Shown piece by piece: positions 29,310 to 39,714 of a stretch of 64,000 nt of DNA. Position 1 is the first letter of the stretch; each line of letters starts with the position of its first letter. The notes under the pieces were generated by a model. The model was not told where the DNA came from, made no database searches, and saw only the letters and a program-made list of their open reading frames with translations. Source of the stretch: a virus; IMG/VR virus record IMGVR_UViG_3300036766_000416, positions 64,001-128,000 of that record, one strand, 5' to 3'. The position numbers were made by a program, and so were the translations under genes.

Positions 29310-30335
29310 ATGCTGGGGCACAGACCATTTTTTCACAACACGATAAGGAAGTATGTCGTCCTCATGGGCTCCATATTCAATGACATCTTCGTGGTCCGCG
29401 AGACCTCTGTGGGCACAGAGAAGGAACGCCAGAAGGTACCGATTCTTTATGGGCCCAAAGAAAAGTGGCTAACCAGTCTCCGCACGGACCCGTCGCTCAC
29501 GAAGTCCATCCTGACCACAGTACCACGTATGAGTTTTGAACTACTGTCTTTGACGTATGACCAAACACGTAAGCAGGAATCCACCATACGGCACAGGGTT
29601 CCCAACTCCGCGAACAGTGCGTTCCCACAGACCCAGTACGTCGGGGTACCCTACAATTTTGAATTTGGTGTCTCGGTGTATGTGCGGAACATCACCGATG
29701 GTCTCCAGATCATCGAGCAGATCCTTCCCTTCTTCTTGCCTGACTACACCGTGAGCGCGGAGGTCTCGCAGGAACTCAACATCATCAAGGACCTGCCAAT
29801 CATCCTCAAGTCTGTGACCGAGAAGGTGGATTACGAGGGCGCGATGGCCGACGGTACCCGCATCGTTACCTGGGACCTTGAGTTTACGCTGAAGGGGTAT
29901 ATCTTTGGACCTGTCGCTGAGACTGCCATCATCAAGGGTGTCCAGACAGGCAACACAATCACCGGTGGTGTCTATGCGAACCTGTATACCGATGTCAACA
30001 ACAAGACCCTCCAGAAAGTCATGCTCACAGGGGGTATCACAGACTATCGTGACCTGGAGGCTGTGCGGGAACCAGAGAACGATGTGACGGGGGTGGTCTA
30101 CTCGTGGAGCAACACCTCCAACACGCTGATCCTGTCAGGCATGACAGGGGTACTCAAGGCCAACGATGAGGTCTGGGGTCTGGTCACTGGGGCGCATTGG
30201 ACTGTGCAGAGCGTCGAGGTATCGAACCTCAAGGATGCAGAAATTTGGATCACCCAGAATCCTATCACTGCAAACGCTGATAGTGACTATGGGTTCACAA
30301 CGGTTATAACCGAGTGGCCCGACACGATACCTTAG
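29310..30335 (+). CDS. gp15: Tail sheath stabilizer / tail terminator gp15
   Basis: FFHNTIRKYVVLMGSIFNDI...KVPILYGPKEK...PRMSFE...VPYNF...QIIEQILPFF.P. Confidence 0.9.
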   Translation: MLGHRPFFHNTIRKYVVLMGSIFNDIFVVRETSVGTEKERQKVPILYGPKEKWLTSLRTDPSLTKSILTTVPRMSFELLSLTYDQTRKQESTIRHRVPNSANSAFPQTQYVGVPYNFEFGVSVYVRNITDGLQIIEQILPFFLPDYTVSAEVSQELNIIKDLPIILKSVTEKVDYEGAMADGTRIVTWDLEFTLKGYIFGPVAETAIIKGVQTGNTITGGVYANLYTDVNNKTLQKVMLTGGITDYRDLEAVREPENDVTGVVYSWSNTSNTLILSGMTGVLKANDEVWGLVTGAHWTVQSVEVSNLKDAEIWITQNPITANADSDYGFTTVITEWPDTIP

Positions 30336-30349
30336 AGGATGACTAGATC

Positions 30350-30826
30350 ATGAGCGACACAAAACTCAATGAAATTCTCGACGTAGAAATTCCCGCTGGT
30401 CAAACTGAGACGTGGGTGGACATCACACCGATTGAGCCTCCCAACCTCGCGCACTATGCGAACAACTCCGTCGAACAGGATGCGCTGGAGTCACGAACCT
30501 ACATCCGTCAATCGATGGCGCAACTGTCCACCGCGATCACAGAGATGCTGGCGATTGCGAAGGCCTCAGGGAAACCCAGAGCCTACGAGGTCGTCACACA
30601 GATGCTACGGTCCCTCGCTGAGATGCAGCAGGACCTCATGGGTAGCCATCAGTCGGAGCAGGTGCTCTCGCAACCCGAAGAAGCTGGTGGTGAAGTTCAC
30701 AACCACTTTGAGAACGCGGTGTTCATTGGATCAACCAGCGAACTGAGCGAACTGGTTCGACGCAAGCGAGCCGAACGCGAGGCCAATACCATCACCGTGA
30801 GTGCGTCCAATGCAGCCAACACCTAA
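30350..30826 (+). CDS. gp16: Terminase small subunit gp16
   Basis: PRAYEVVTQML and NAVFIGSTSELSELV motifs; directly before gp17. Confidence 0.85.
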   Translation: MSDTKLNEILDVEIPAGQTETWVDITPIEPPNLAHYANNSVEQDALESRTYIRQSMAQLSTAITEMLAIAKASGKPRAYEVVTQMLRSLAEMQQDLMGSHQSEQVLSQPEEAGGEVHNHFENAVFIGSTSELSELVRRKRAEREANTITVSASNAANT

Positions 30827-32546
30827 AAAGAAACCCAACGCCTTCAGCTTCAAGGTCAAGCCGGTACCCAATGGATTCTATCTCAAGAATCCAAAACTCA
30901 AGCAGGTCGGCGTCAAGGTGCCGTTCACTCAAGAGCAGGTGTCTGAATGGGTGAAGTGCAGCCAGGACCCGGTGTATTTCATCAAGAAATACTGCAAGAT
31001 CGTTCATGTCGATAAAGGTGTCATACCCTTTGACATGTGGGACTTCCAGGAAAAAATTATTGAGACCTACTTCTGCGAGCGCAAGGTCATCGTCAAGCTC
31101 CCTCGTCAGATGGGGAAATCGACGGCCACCGCGGCCTTCTTCGTGTGGTACATCCTGTTCAACAACAACAAGGTCTGTGCAATCCTCGCCAACAAGGCCG
31201 AGATGGCCCAAGAAATTCTAGGTCGCCTCAAGTTCATGTATGAATTTATTCCACTGTGGCTCCAACAGGGTATCGCTGAGTGGAACAAACGGTCGATCAC
31301 CCTGGAGAACGGTTCGCGTATCCTCGCTGCAGCGACGAGTTCGAGTGCCATTCGAGGTTACTCGCTGTCTATCGTGTTTCTCGACGAATTCGCGCACGTA
31401 CCCAACAACATCGCCGAGGACTTCTTCACCTCCATCTACCCCACGATTTCATCGGGAAAGGACACCAAGATTCTGATTGCCTCAACGCCGTTTGGGATGA
31501 ACCATTACTATAAATTCTGGACCGAAGCGACCAGTGGAGCCAACGACTTCATACCCATCATGTACCCATGGAATGCGGTGCCTACTCGTGACGAAGCCTG
31601 GTTCAAGGAACAGCAGCGAGCCCTGGGGCCCGTCAAGTTCCGGCAAGAGGTGCTCTGTGAATTTTTGGGTTCATCTGGTACCCTTATCTCAGGTGAAAAG
31701 TTGGCCGCACTGGCCATGACACAACCCATCTACACTGAGGACGACTGGAGTGTCTACGAGCACCCACAAGAAAACCGAACTTACGTGATTGCCTGTGACC
31801 CTGCGAGAGGACTGGACCAAGATGCCTCAGCATTCTGGGTCATAGACATCACCAACATACCCTACAGGTGTGTCGCCCGCTACAAGAGCCACACGGTGTC
31901 ACCGATCATCCTACCTAACTTTCTCTACAACGCGGCCGTTAGGTACAACCATGCATTCATTCTCGTGGAGATCAATGACAACGGGCAACAGGTAGTCGAC
32001 CTGCTACACTATGACCTGGAGTATGAGAACATTTTCAAGCTCGAATCCACCATGAAAAGTGGCTCACAAGGTGCCAAGATCAGCGGTGGTTTCAAAAAAC
32101 AGATGCGCCTGGGCCTCCGCATGACGGAATCTGTGAAGCGTATTGGGTGCCTGAACCTTAAGACCTTTATCGAACAGGACAAGCTTTTGGTGACCGATTT
32201 TGATACCATCTCGGAATTGTCCACCTTCACCCAGCAACTTCAGACATACAAGGCCGAAGAGGGGTACCATGACGACCTGGTGATGTGCCTGGTTATGTTT
32301 TCCTGGCTGATGACCCAGAAGTATATCCGCGAATCACAGGGCATGGGCGTCGATATACGAAAAGCCCTTGAGGATGAGCAAAATTCGCGTATCGATGAGG
32401 ACCTGGTACCCTTTGGATTGATTGATAATGGACTGGAGGAGGATGCCTTTGTCGAAGGCAATGACCTCTGGGTTAGGGCCAACAAAATGTACCCAGGGGA
32501 TACCGGGGTCAAGTCCAATGACTATATCCGCAGAGGTGAAAGATAG
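30810..32546 (+). CDS. gp17: Terminase large subunit gp17
   Basis: PRQMGKS Walker A, FLDEFAH Walker B, IASTPFG, DPARG..QD nuclease motif and DDLVM; ATG 30810 preferred to GTG 30801. Confidence 0.95.
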   Translation: MQPTPKKKPNAFSFKVKPVPNGFYLKNPKLKQVGVKVPFTQEQVSEWVKCSQDPVYFIKKYCKIVHVDKGVIPFDMWDFQEKIIETYFCERKVIVKLPRQMGKSTATAAFFVWYILFNNNKVCAILANKAEMAQEILGRLKFMYEFIPLWLQQGIAEWNKRSITLENGSRILAAATSSSAIRGYSLSIVFLDEFAHVPNNIAEDFFTSIYPTISSGKDTKILIASTPFGMNHYYKFWTEATSGANDFIPIMYPWNAVPTRDEAWFKEQQRALGPVKFRQEVLCEFLGSSGTLISGEKLAALAMTQPIYTEDDWSVYEHPQENRTYVIACDPARGLDQDASAFWVIDITNIPYRCVARYKSHTVSPIILPNFLYNAAVRYNHAFILVEINDNGQQVVDLLHYDLEYENIFKLESTMKSGSQGAKISGGFKKQMRLGLRMTESVKRIGCLNLKTFIEQDKLLVTDFDTISELSTFTQQLQTYKAEEGYHDDLVMCLVMFSWLMTQKYIRESQGMGVDIRKALEDEQNSRIDEDLVPFGLIDNGLEEDAFVEGNDLWVRANKMYPGDTGVKSNDYIRRGER

Positions 32547-32557
32547 GTAGCAAGAAT

Positions 32558-32565
32558 CATAAATA
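32558..32565 (+). promoter_or_regulatory. T4-type late promoter (CATAAATA)
   Basis: Intergenic octamer upstream of gp18. Confidence 0.75.
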
Positions 32566-32632
32566 GACTGAAGGAAACCCTTACCATACGACCACTATAA
32601 TTTGTTGTTCCTATAAAGCAAGGAGATCACCC

Positions 32633-34534
32633 ATGGCTTTCCAGTTGAGCGCCGGCGTTAATGTTTCAGAGGTCGACCTTACAACAATAGTTCCTACCGT
32701 CTCCACAACCGTAGGAGCATTTGTCGGGCAATTTGTGTGGGGACCCGTGGATACCCGCATCTCAATAGACCAGGAAGTGAAGTTAGCCACACGATTCGGT
32801 AAGCCCGATTCCAATACCTTTGTGTCATTCTTTACGGGTGCCAATTTTTTGGCTTATGGAAACAATCTTCTCCTCACCCGTGCAGCCAACACACTTTCGA
32901 AGAATGCTGTCGCTAACACGACTGCGGGTGCCGCACTGTCGATCACGAATGAAGTGGTCTATGAGAACAGTTACTTCGATGGATCAGGAAACTTTGGTTC
33001 TTTCGCTGCTCGTTACCCAGGAGCCCTTGGAAACAATCTCAAGGTTTCGGTATGCGGTTCTGCCAATGTGTTCGCAAGCAACGTGTCAGTTCAAACTGGA
33101 CAATACGCACAAACATCCAGTGCAGGAGCCACCACGATTCCTACAACGGGAAACACCGCCGCCTATGTGCGACCTGGTGACCTGGTCAAGCTGGATGCCA
33201 ACCCCTACATCACGGTGACCTCAGCAAACGCAACCTATATCACTCTAGCCGCTGGGTTAACCACGGCGATTACTTCCAACGTTTCGATTCTTCGAAAGTG
33301 GGAATATGCTGATGAGTTTGACAGCGCCCCAGGTACCTCAGAGTATGTTTCTTCACGACTCGGATCAGGCGACGAACTTCACGTCATTGTCGTTGATCAG
33401 GATGGTGGTATCACCGGTTCAACCGACATCGTGCTTGAGAAATACCCATTCGTATCCAAGGCATCGGATGCCAAGCAAAGCGATGGCTCTTCAATTTATT
33501 ACCCAGTCGTAATTTTCAACAAGTCTGTTTGGATTTACTGGGGAGATCACGATCCTCTTGGCACGAACTGGGGCAATACCGCTCTCAGCACCATTTTCAC
33601 CGATGTCACGGTGGCCGAACGACTGTCATTGGTTGGTGGGGCCGATCAAACGGTTTCAACTGGAGACTTGGAACGTGGATGGGACCTCTATGCCGATGCA
33701 GATACCGTTGATGTGTCCTTGTTGATCACAGGAAACACTGACGCAACACTCGCCAACTACATCATCGACAACATCGCACTCGCCCGCAAGGATTGTGTGG
33801 TGTTCTTATCACCTCCTCGTGCGACTGTGGTTGACAATGTGGATTCTGAAGCTGATGACATTGTGACCTATCGCAATACCCTGTCCTCGACGTCCTATGG
33901 GGTTCTGGACAGTGGTTGGAAATACCAGTATGACAAGTATAACGACACCTATCGTTACCTTCCATTGAACGGTGACATTGCGGGACTCTGCGTTCGCACA
34001 GACACCACCAGAGACCCATGGTTCTCACCAGGTGGATTTGATCGTGGACAGATCAAGAATGTTGTGAAGCTTGCTTGGAACCCACGCAAGAATTTCCGTG
34101 ACACCCTCTACAAGAACGGGATCAACCCAGTCGTGACATTCCCTGGGGATGGCACCGTGCTCTATGGTGACAAGACCCTGTTGAGCAAGCCTTCAGCATT
34201 TGATCGTATCAATGTGCGCCGTCTGTTCATCGTGTTGGAGAAGTCGATTGCTCGTGCAGCAAAGTTTTCGCTCTTTGAATTCAACGACGAATTCACTCGC
34301 GCAGCGTTCCTCGCATTAGTAGAACCGTTCCTTCGTGACGTGCAGGGTCGTCGAGGTATTTTTGATTACCGAGTCGTCGCTGACAGTACCAACAATACTC
34401 CTGAAGTAATTGATCGTAATGAATTTGTTGGTGACATCTATGTGAAGCCGGCCCGCAGTGTAAATTATATCCAATTAAACTTTATCGCAGTAAGAACTGG
34501 GGTTTCGTTTGACGAAATCGTAGGAAAGTTCTAA
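32633..34534 (+). CDS. gp18: Tail sheath protein gp18
   Basis: FQLSAGVNVSEVDLT...PWFSPGG..RG...RINVRRLF...F.G.IYVKPARSVNYIQLNF.A.RTG. Confidence 0.95.
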   Translation: MAFQLSAGVNVSEVDLTTIVPTVSTTVGAFVGQFVWGPVDTRISIDQEVKLATRFGKPDSNTFVSFFTGANFLAYGNNLLLTRAANTLSKNAVANTTAGAALSITNEVVYENSYFDGSGNFGSFAARYPGALGNNLKVSVCGSANVFASNVSVQTGQYAQTSSAGATTIPTTGNTAAYVRPGDLVKLDANPYITVTSANATYITLAAGLTTAITSNVSILRKWEYADEFDSAPGTSEYVSSRLGSGDELHVIVVDQDGGITGSTDIVLEKYPFVSKASDAKQSDGSSIYYPVVIFNKSVWIYWGDHDPLGTNWGNTALSTIFTDVTVAERLSLVGGADQTVSTGDLERGWDLYADADTVDVSLLITGNTDATLANYIIDNIALARKDCVVFLSPPRATVVDNVDSEADDIVTYRNTLSSTSYGVLDSGWKYQYDKYNDTYRYLPLNGDIAGLCVRTDTTRDPWFSPGGFDRGQIKNVVKLAWNPRKNFRDTLYKNGINPVVTFPGDGTVLYGDKTLLSKPSAFDRINVRRLFIVLEKSIARAAKFSLFEFNDEFTRAAFLALVEPFLRDVQGRRGIFDYRVVADSTNNTPEVIDRNEFVGDIYVKPARSVNYIQLNFIAVRTGVSFDEIVGKF

Positions 34535-34559
34535 GCACAATATCGGGATGAAAGAGTCG

Positions 34560-34567
34560 CATAAATA
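34560..34567 (+). promoter_or_regulatory. T4-type late promoter (CATAAATA)
   Basis: Intergenic octamer upstream of gp19. Confidence 0.75.
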
Positions 34568-34591
34568 AGTCTGTAAGTAAAGGAGTCTAAT

Positions 34592-35146
34592 ATGGCTTTC
34601 AACGTTTTTGAGTTCCGAAGTCAAATGCAGGGTGACGGCGCACGCCCAAACCTATTCGAAGTACAACTGACATTCCCAACAGCCGTTAACCCAGGGGCTG
34701 CCAACAAAAAGTTGACCTTTATGTGCAAGACCGCTTCGCTTCCAGGTTCGACCATCGGGCACGTGCCGGTGTTCTACTTTGGTCGTGAAACAAAGCTCGC
34801 TGGAAACCGCACATTCCCAGAGTGGACCTTATCAATCTTGAACGATGAAGATTTTGCGGTTCGTAACGCATTTGAAAAGTGGATGAATGGCATCAACCGT
34901 CATGTCAGCAACGTGCGCGACCTCTGGGCCGGAAATTCCTTAGGGTACTCAACGCAGGGATTGGTCAAGCAGTACAGCAAGACCGGTGACGTGTTGAAGC
35001 AATACACCTTCGAAGGTATATTCCCTGTGGATATTTCACAGATCGACCTGGATTGGGGCAGCAATGATACCATCGAAGAATACAGCGTGACACTTGCATA
35101 CCAATATTTCGTTTCTACATCTAAGGATAACACGGTCATTGTATAA
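34592..35146 (+). CDS. gp19: Tail tube protein gp19
   Basis: GARPNLFEVQL...LPGSTIG...AGNRTF.EWT...NDEDF..R.AFEKWMN.IN...IEEYSVT. Confidence 0.95.
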   Translation: MAFNVFEFRSQMQGDGARPNLFEVQLTFPTAVNPGAANKKLTFMCKTASLPGSTIGHVPVFYFGRETKLAGNRTFPEWTLSILNDEDFAVRNAFEKWMNGINRHVSNVRDLWAGNSLGYSTQGLVKQYSKTGDVLKQYTFEGIFPVDISQIDLDWGSNDTIEEYSVTLAYQYFVSTSKDNTVIV

Positions 35147-35153
35147 TAGGATT

Positions 35154-35180
35154 GGGGCGTCCTCGGGCGCCCCGTTTGTG
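35154..35180 (+). terminator. Probable intrinsic terminator after gp19
   Basis: GGGGCGTC-CTCG-GGCGCCCC hairpin (35154-35173) followed by GTTTGTGATTT; the U-tract is imperfect. Confidence 0.6.
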
Positions 35181-35187
35181 ATTTATT

Positions 35188-35670
35188 ATGGATAATGTTC
35201 ACCATATCATTCCTCGCCATGAATGGAAGAGACGATTCGGAAACTTTAGCGGTTGCAACTCACCTGATAATCTTGTGGTTCTCACCACCGAGCAACACGC
35301 TCAAGCCCACCTCTTTCTTTTTGAATTGAATCGACACCCATATGATCTAATTGCCTATGAGACCATATCTGGGAGAATAGGAAAAGACGAAGCCACTTTG
35401 CGGGCTTGGAAAGCCAGAGGTGCTCCCAGACCTAAGGGGTTCAAGATGGACCCGGCTCATAAAAGAGCTATTAGTTTAGCTAGCATGGGAAAACCAGGAA
35501 CTCGTAATGGTGCGACCTGCTCGCCCGAAACTCTTCGGAAACGATCAGCATCCTTACAAAATTTATCTAGGTTAACCTGTCCTAATTGCGGAAAAGAAGG
35601 TGGGCATTGTGCTATGAAACGTCACCATTTTAATAATTGTAAAATGAAGAAAGTGAGTAATATATCATGA
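35188..35670 (+). CDS. HNH homing endonuclease
   Basis: HHIIPRH...NSPDNLVVLTTEQHAQAH HNH motif; C-terminal CPNCGKEGG...MKRHHFNNCK; ATGA overlap with gp20. Confidence 0.85.
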   Translation: MDNVHHIIPRHEWKRRFGNFSGCNSPDNLVVLTTEQHAQAHLFLFELNRHPYDLIAYETISGRIGKDEATLRAWKARGAPRPKGFKMDPAHKRAISLASMGKPGTRNGATCSPETLRKRSASLQNLSRLTCPNCGKEGGHCAMKRHHFNNCKMKKVSNIS

Positions 35671-37382
35671 GTTTTCGTCTCTTCGGGTTTTCATTAGGTA
35701 AAACCCCTGAAATAACACAATTAGAAGATCCCGCCAAGCAGAATCTAGTTATCCCACAATCCCAGTTGGATGACGGAGCCGTCACGATAACCCAGGGCGG
35801 GTACACAGGGACGTATGTGGACCTGGAGGGTTCGGTTCGCAATGAACTGGAACTCATCACAAGATATCGTGAAATGTCCCTGCACCCAGAATGCTCTGAA
35901 GCGATTGAGGAAATCATCACCGAAGCGGTCACTGCAGATGAAGATGGTGAGATTGTTGGTCTGAACCTCGATAAACTCAATGTCCCCGCGAGCATCAAAA
36001 AGAAAATCATCGACTCGTTTGACAAGATCAAGTCCATGCTGTCGTTCCAGGACCTTGGTGAGGACCTGTTTAAGCGTTGGTATGTCGATGGTCGTCTGTA
36101 TTTCCAGGTCGTCGTGGATACCACAAAACCCAAAGAGGGTATCCAAGAACTCCGCTATATCGATCCTCGTAAAATTCGCAAGGTCCGCGAAATCCTCAAA
36201 GACCGCGACCCTCGCAGTGGTATCGAAATCATCCGTGCGACCAGCGAATACTACGTCTACAACGAGAACGGTCTCACCGCTCAAGCCTATACCGCAAGTG
36301 TGAATCAAGGTACCCGTATCGCCCCAGACTCCATCGTGTTCGTGCCATCTGGATTGCTGGATGCCAAATCCGTGATGGTGATTGGATACCTACACAAGGC
36401 CATCAAGTCTCTCAATCAACTTCGCATGATCGAAGATGCCGTTGTGATCTATCGGTTATCACGCGCCCCCGAACGCCGCATATTCTACATCGACGTGGGC
36501 AACCTACCCAAAGCCAAAGCTGAACAATACCTCAAGCAGATCATGACCCAGTATCGCAACAAGCTGGTCTATGATGCATCGACCGGCGAACTCCGCGATG
36601 AACGCAAGCACCTTTCTATGTTGGAAGATTTCTGGCTCCCTCGCCGTGAAGGTTCCAAGGGTACTGAAATCACCACGTTACCTGGTGGAGAGAACCTAGG
36701 TAAAATGGAGGACGTCGAATACTTCCAAAAGAAACTCTACAAGTCTTTGAACGTACCTATCGGACGACTCGATTCCCAATCAGGTGGTACAGGTGGCCTC
36801 CAGGGTCTTGGTCGTGTCGCTGAACTGACTAGAGATGAGGTCAAGTTCCATAAGTTCGTCCTACGACTTCGCAACAAATTCTCTCGGGTCTTCGATGAAG
36901 CATTGGCAAGAGACCTTGTCCTCACTGGGGTCTGTTCGCAAGAGGAATGGAGTGACTTTCGTGAGTATGTGACCTATGAGTATAAAAATGATAATAATTT
37001 CACCGAACTTCGTGATTCAGAATTGCTGAGGGAACGTATTGCGACCCTGATGCAGGTTCAACCGTTTATTGGCACCTACTATTCGAATACCTGGGTCAAG
37101 CGACATGTGCTCATGTTTGACGACAAAGAAATTGAAGAGATGCTGGATGAGATAGACGAAGAGACTAAACGTGGTGAGTTGCCCTTGGCACCATTGCCTG
37201 GACAAGAGGGACAACCTGGGCAAGGCGGTCAGCCTGGACAACCGGGTGGCGGAGGTGCAGCAGGTGCCCCGGCACCAGAACCGGTCGATAACACCGTAGA
37301 TACCTCAGAGGAACCTACGGAATCACTGACGCCGGGGTTGGATCGGGCAGTGGATAAGGCATTCAAGAAACGAGGCAAGTAG
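35667..37382 (+). CDS. gp20: Portal protein gp20
   Basis: WYVDGRLYF, LRYIDPRKI, SYLHKAIK-like GYLHKAIK.LNQLRMIEDAVVIYRLSRAPERRIFYIDVGNLPK, MLEDFWLPRREG.KGTEITTLPGGENL. Confidence 0.96.
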   Translation: MSFRLFGFSLGKTPEITQLEDPAKQNLVIPQSQLDDGAVTITQGGYTGTYVDLEGSVRNELELITRYREMSLHPECSEAIEEIITEAVTADEDGEIVGLNLDKLNVPASIKKKIIDSFDKIKSMLSFQDLGEDLFKRWYVDGRLYFQVVVDTTKPKEGIQELRYIDPRKIRKVREILKDRDPRSGIEIIRATSEYYVYNENGLTAQAYTASVNQGTRIAPDSIVFVPSGLLDAKSVMVIGYLHKAIKSLNQLRMIEDAVVIYRLSRAPERRIFYIDVGNLPKAKAEQYLKQIMTQYRNKLVYDASTGELRDERKHLSMLEDFWLPRREGSKGTEITTLPGGENLGKMEDVEYFQKKLYKSLNVPIGRLDSQSGGTGGLQGLGRVAELTRDEVKFHKFVLRLRNKFSRVFDEALARDLVLTGVCSQEEWSDFREYVTYEYKNDNNFTELRDSELLRERIATLMQVQPFIGTYYSNTWVKRHVLMFDDKEIEEMLDEIDEETKRGELPLAPLPGQEGQPGQGGQPGQPGGGGAAGAPAPEPVDNTVDTSEEPTESLTPGLDRAVDKAFKKRGK

Positions 37383-37390
37383 TCAAAACA

Positions 37391-37398
37391 CATAAATA
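37391..37398 (+). promoter_or_regulatory. T4-type late promoter (CATAAATA)
   Basis: Intergenic octamer upstream of the prohead core genes. Confidence 0.75.
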
Positions 37399-37429
37399 AC
37401 AGCACTAACCTATATCAGGAGAATTACCC

Positions 37430-37813
37430 ATGTTGAACGAAGAATTATCCCCTATTGCTGACGTCATCACTCTGGTCGCCAACGGTCAAGCCGGAGAGGC
37501 CACTGGGCTTGTCCATGACCTTCTGGGTGCCCGGGTTCTGGATGCCTTGCAGAGTCACAAACAGGAAATCGCTCAGACGTTGTTTGCACCAAGTGCAGAT
37601 AGTCTCACAGAAGAGTCCGAACAGTTGGATGAACTCAGTAAGGGTACATTGGGAAACTATGTAAAAAAGGCGTCTCACCGAGCGGCCGATAAAGCCTATG
37701 AGACTGGTTATCAGGGTGGAAAAAAGTCAAGTACCGGATTTGGAGATGTCAGTGGAGAAATCAAGCGACACCGAGGTATCCGCCGTGCCGTCGATAAATT
37801 AGTGAAGAAATAA
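37430..37813 (+). CDS. Prohead core / internal head protein (gp67-like position)
   Basis: Follows gp20; helical N-terminus and the LDELSKGTLGNYVKKA ... KRHRGIRRAVDKL motif of large-phage internal proteins. Confidence 0.5.
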   Translation: MLNEELSPIADVITLVANGQAGEATGLVHDLLGARVLDALQSHKQEIAQTLFAPSADSLTEESEQLDELSKGTLGNYVKKASHRAADKAYETGYQGGKKSSTGFGDVSGEIKRHRGIRRAVDKLVKK

Positions 37814-37816
37814 TCC

Positions 37817-38308
37817 ATGAAAGAATTTACCGAGTTCCGCACAGAATTGAATGAAGGTATCGAGGACCTCGTCGAGCATGTGACGATGCCACCGAACATT
37901 TTAGTGCTCAGACGCCGAACCGTTCGTCAGTTTCCCGATGGCGTCATGGTCGCGTTGTATTACAATGACAAACTGGGTCTCCAGTTCAGCATCCCCTATG
38001 GTGGTCACGAAGAATCAGTGGTGACACCGGTGGCACTGAAAGAAGAGGAATTGACCGAATCGAGTGAAGAAGCTGCCGAGCACGGTGTCATTCAGCGACT
38101 TCGTAACATAAAAGATTTTCATGCTATCAATCATATCACACACGCTGACAAGACCAAGACTCATGTAGACCCAACGACCGCCCACGCGCTCTTGACGGTC
38201 CATGATGCGCTGCATCCAGACAATCAGAAAAAGTTTGCCGATCACCTGGGGCACTCAGCGATAAAATTCAATCGTATGGTGGACTTCGCTTGGAAGAGTG
38301 TGAAATGA
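37817..38308 (+). CDS. Conserved prohead-region protein
   Basis: PPNILVLRRRTVRQFPDG..VALYY..KL...FSIPY; lies between the portal and protease genes. Confidence 0.5.
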   Translation: MKEFTEFRTELNEGIEDLVEHVTMPPNILVLRRRTVRQFPDGVMVALYYNDKLGLQFSIPYGGHEESVVTPVALKEEELTESSEEAAEHGVIQRLRNIKDFHAINHITHADKTKTHVDPTTAHALLTVHDALHPDNQKKFADHLGHSAIKFNRMVDFAWKSVK

Positions 38309-38613
38309 GCACCATAGAGGTAGTCGGTGAATTGCTGACTGAGATTGCCAGCAGGAACCGCATGAAGCAGGGGCGCACGATTCTGATTCGCCGAAGAATC
38401 CGTAAGGGAAAACTTCAGCGCAACATTCGTCGTTCGGCCGTCAAAGGGTACACAGTTCGCCGTGGTAAGATTACTCGGATACCTGTGGCGCGAAGAATCC
38501 ACATGAGGATCGTGCAGAAGCGAGCAGCGAGAAAACGAAAATCTCATATGCAGCAAACACTCCGTAAGAGGAAGTTGAGTCTCAGGAAAAGAAAAGCACT
38601 TGGAATAAAATAA
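38305..38613 (+). CDS. Basic prohead core protein (gp68-like)
   Basis: Very Arg/Lys-rich; ATGA overlap with the upstream stop; position before gp21. Confidence 0.55.
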   Translation: MSTIEVVGELLTEIASRNRMKQGRTILIRRRIRKGKLQRNIRRSAVKGYTVRRGKITRIPVARRIHMRIVQKRAARKRKSHMQQTLRKRKLSLRKRKALGIK

Positions 38614-38622
38614 GGGGATACC

Positions 38623-39006
38623 ATGGGATTAGAAATTATCAATAAATTTCGGGGGCCTTCAATCATTCGCGTGACCAATGCGCTAGGTGCAACCACGATC
38701 AATCTGTCACAGTTGTCAGCTAACACGAACACTGAGAATGTCATCTCTGCAGTCATCACATCAGCAAAGTGGTCTCTGCAACCCACAACGGGCAACTTCA
38801 TTGTGAGCCGTGGGAACCCAGTCAGTCAAACAACCAACACGGTCCTGAACACCTGGCAAACAGGGTATTGGCAGCACGACGAAGGTGCGAAGGCCCTTGG
38901 TAACACCCCAACCGGAAATATTATCATAACCTTAGTGACCGATGGTACTGCAATTTTCACGCTGTCAAAAGATTGTACCTATAACGTCGATACCTCGATC
39001 CTGTAA
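38623..39006 (+). CDS. Hypothetical virion protein
   Basis: AAGGGG SD; inside the head operon immediately before gp21. Confidence 0.5.
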   Translation: MGLEIINKFRGPSIIRVTNALGATTINLSQLSANTNTENVISAVITSAKWSLQPTTGNFIVSRGNPVSQTTNTVLNTWQTGYWQHDEGAKALGNTPTGNIIITLVTDGTAIFTLSKDCTYNVDTSIL

Positions 39007-39015
39007 GGGAGAACT

Positions 39016-39693
39016 ATGAAGTTACTTAGAGAGCATTTCGAAAACGTCAAGGTCCTCACGGAATCGGATAAGCTGTCAGGCAAGAAATCCTTCTACATAG
39101 AAGGTATCTTCATCCAGACTGAGCGGCCGAACAAGAACCGCAGACAGTATTGCTTTGAATCAATGGACCGAGAAATCCAGCGATACACCAACACCTACAT
39201 CAAGGAAAACCGGGCGTTTGGTGAACTGGGTCACCCTGATACCCCAACGATCAACCTAGAGCGCGTCTCGCACCTCATCAAGGAACTCAGGGCCGATGGC
39301 AAGGACTTCTATGGCAAGGCCAAGATCCTCACCACCCCCTATGGCAAGATTGTGGAATCCTTGCTGGAAGAGGGCGCCAAAATCGCGGTGAGTACCCGTG
39401 GCCTAGGGTCTCTCGTAGCCGGACCTAATGGTGTCAACATGGTCCAGGACGACTTTCAGTTGGCCACAGCGGCCGACATTGTGGCCGACCCCTCAGCCCC
39501 CGATGCCTTTGTCCAGGGCATTTGCGAACAACGCGAATGGATTTTCGAGGCCGCCAAGGGTACCTGGGTGGAAAAGCAGGTCGAACAACTCTATGAGACC
39601 CTCCCAAAATACAACACCAAACAGCTACATGAAACCGCCGTCAAGCTCTTTATGGATTTCATGGACGGGATCACTGGTAAGGGCCGAAAATAG
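39016..39693 (+). CDS. gp21: Prohead protease gp21
   Basis: YIEGIF.Q....N.N.R.Y...AFGELGHP...INLERVSH...GKAKIL.TP.G...STRGLGS...D.VADPSAPDAFV. Confidence 0.95.
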   Translation: MKLLREHFENVKVLTESDKLSGKKSFYIEGIFIQTERPNKNRRQYCFESMDREIQRYTNTYIKENRAFGELGHPDTPTINLERVSHLIKELRADGKDFYGKAKILTTPYGKIVESLLEEGAKIAVSTRGLGSLVAGPNGVNMVQDDFQLATAADIVADPSAPDAFVQGICEQREWIFEAAKGTWVEKQVEQLYETLPKYNTKQLHETAVKLFMDFMDGITGKGRK

Positions 39694-39714
39694 ACAGAGA
39701 CAGCGTCAAAGAAT

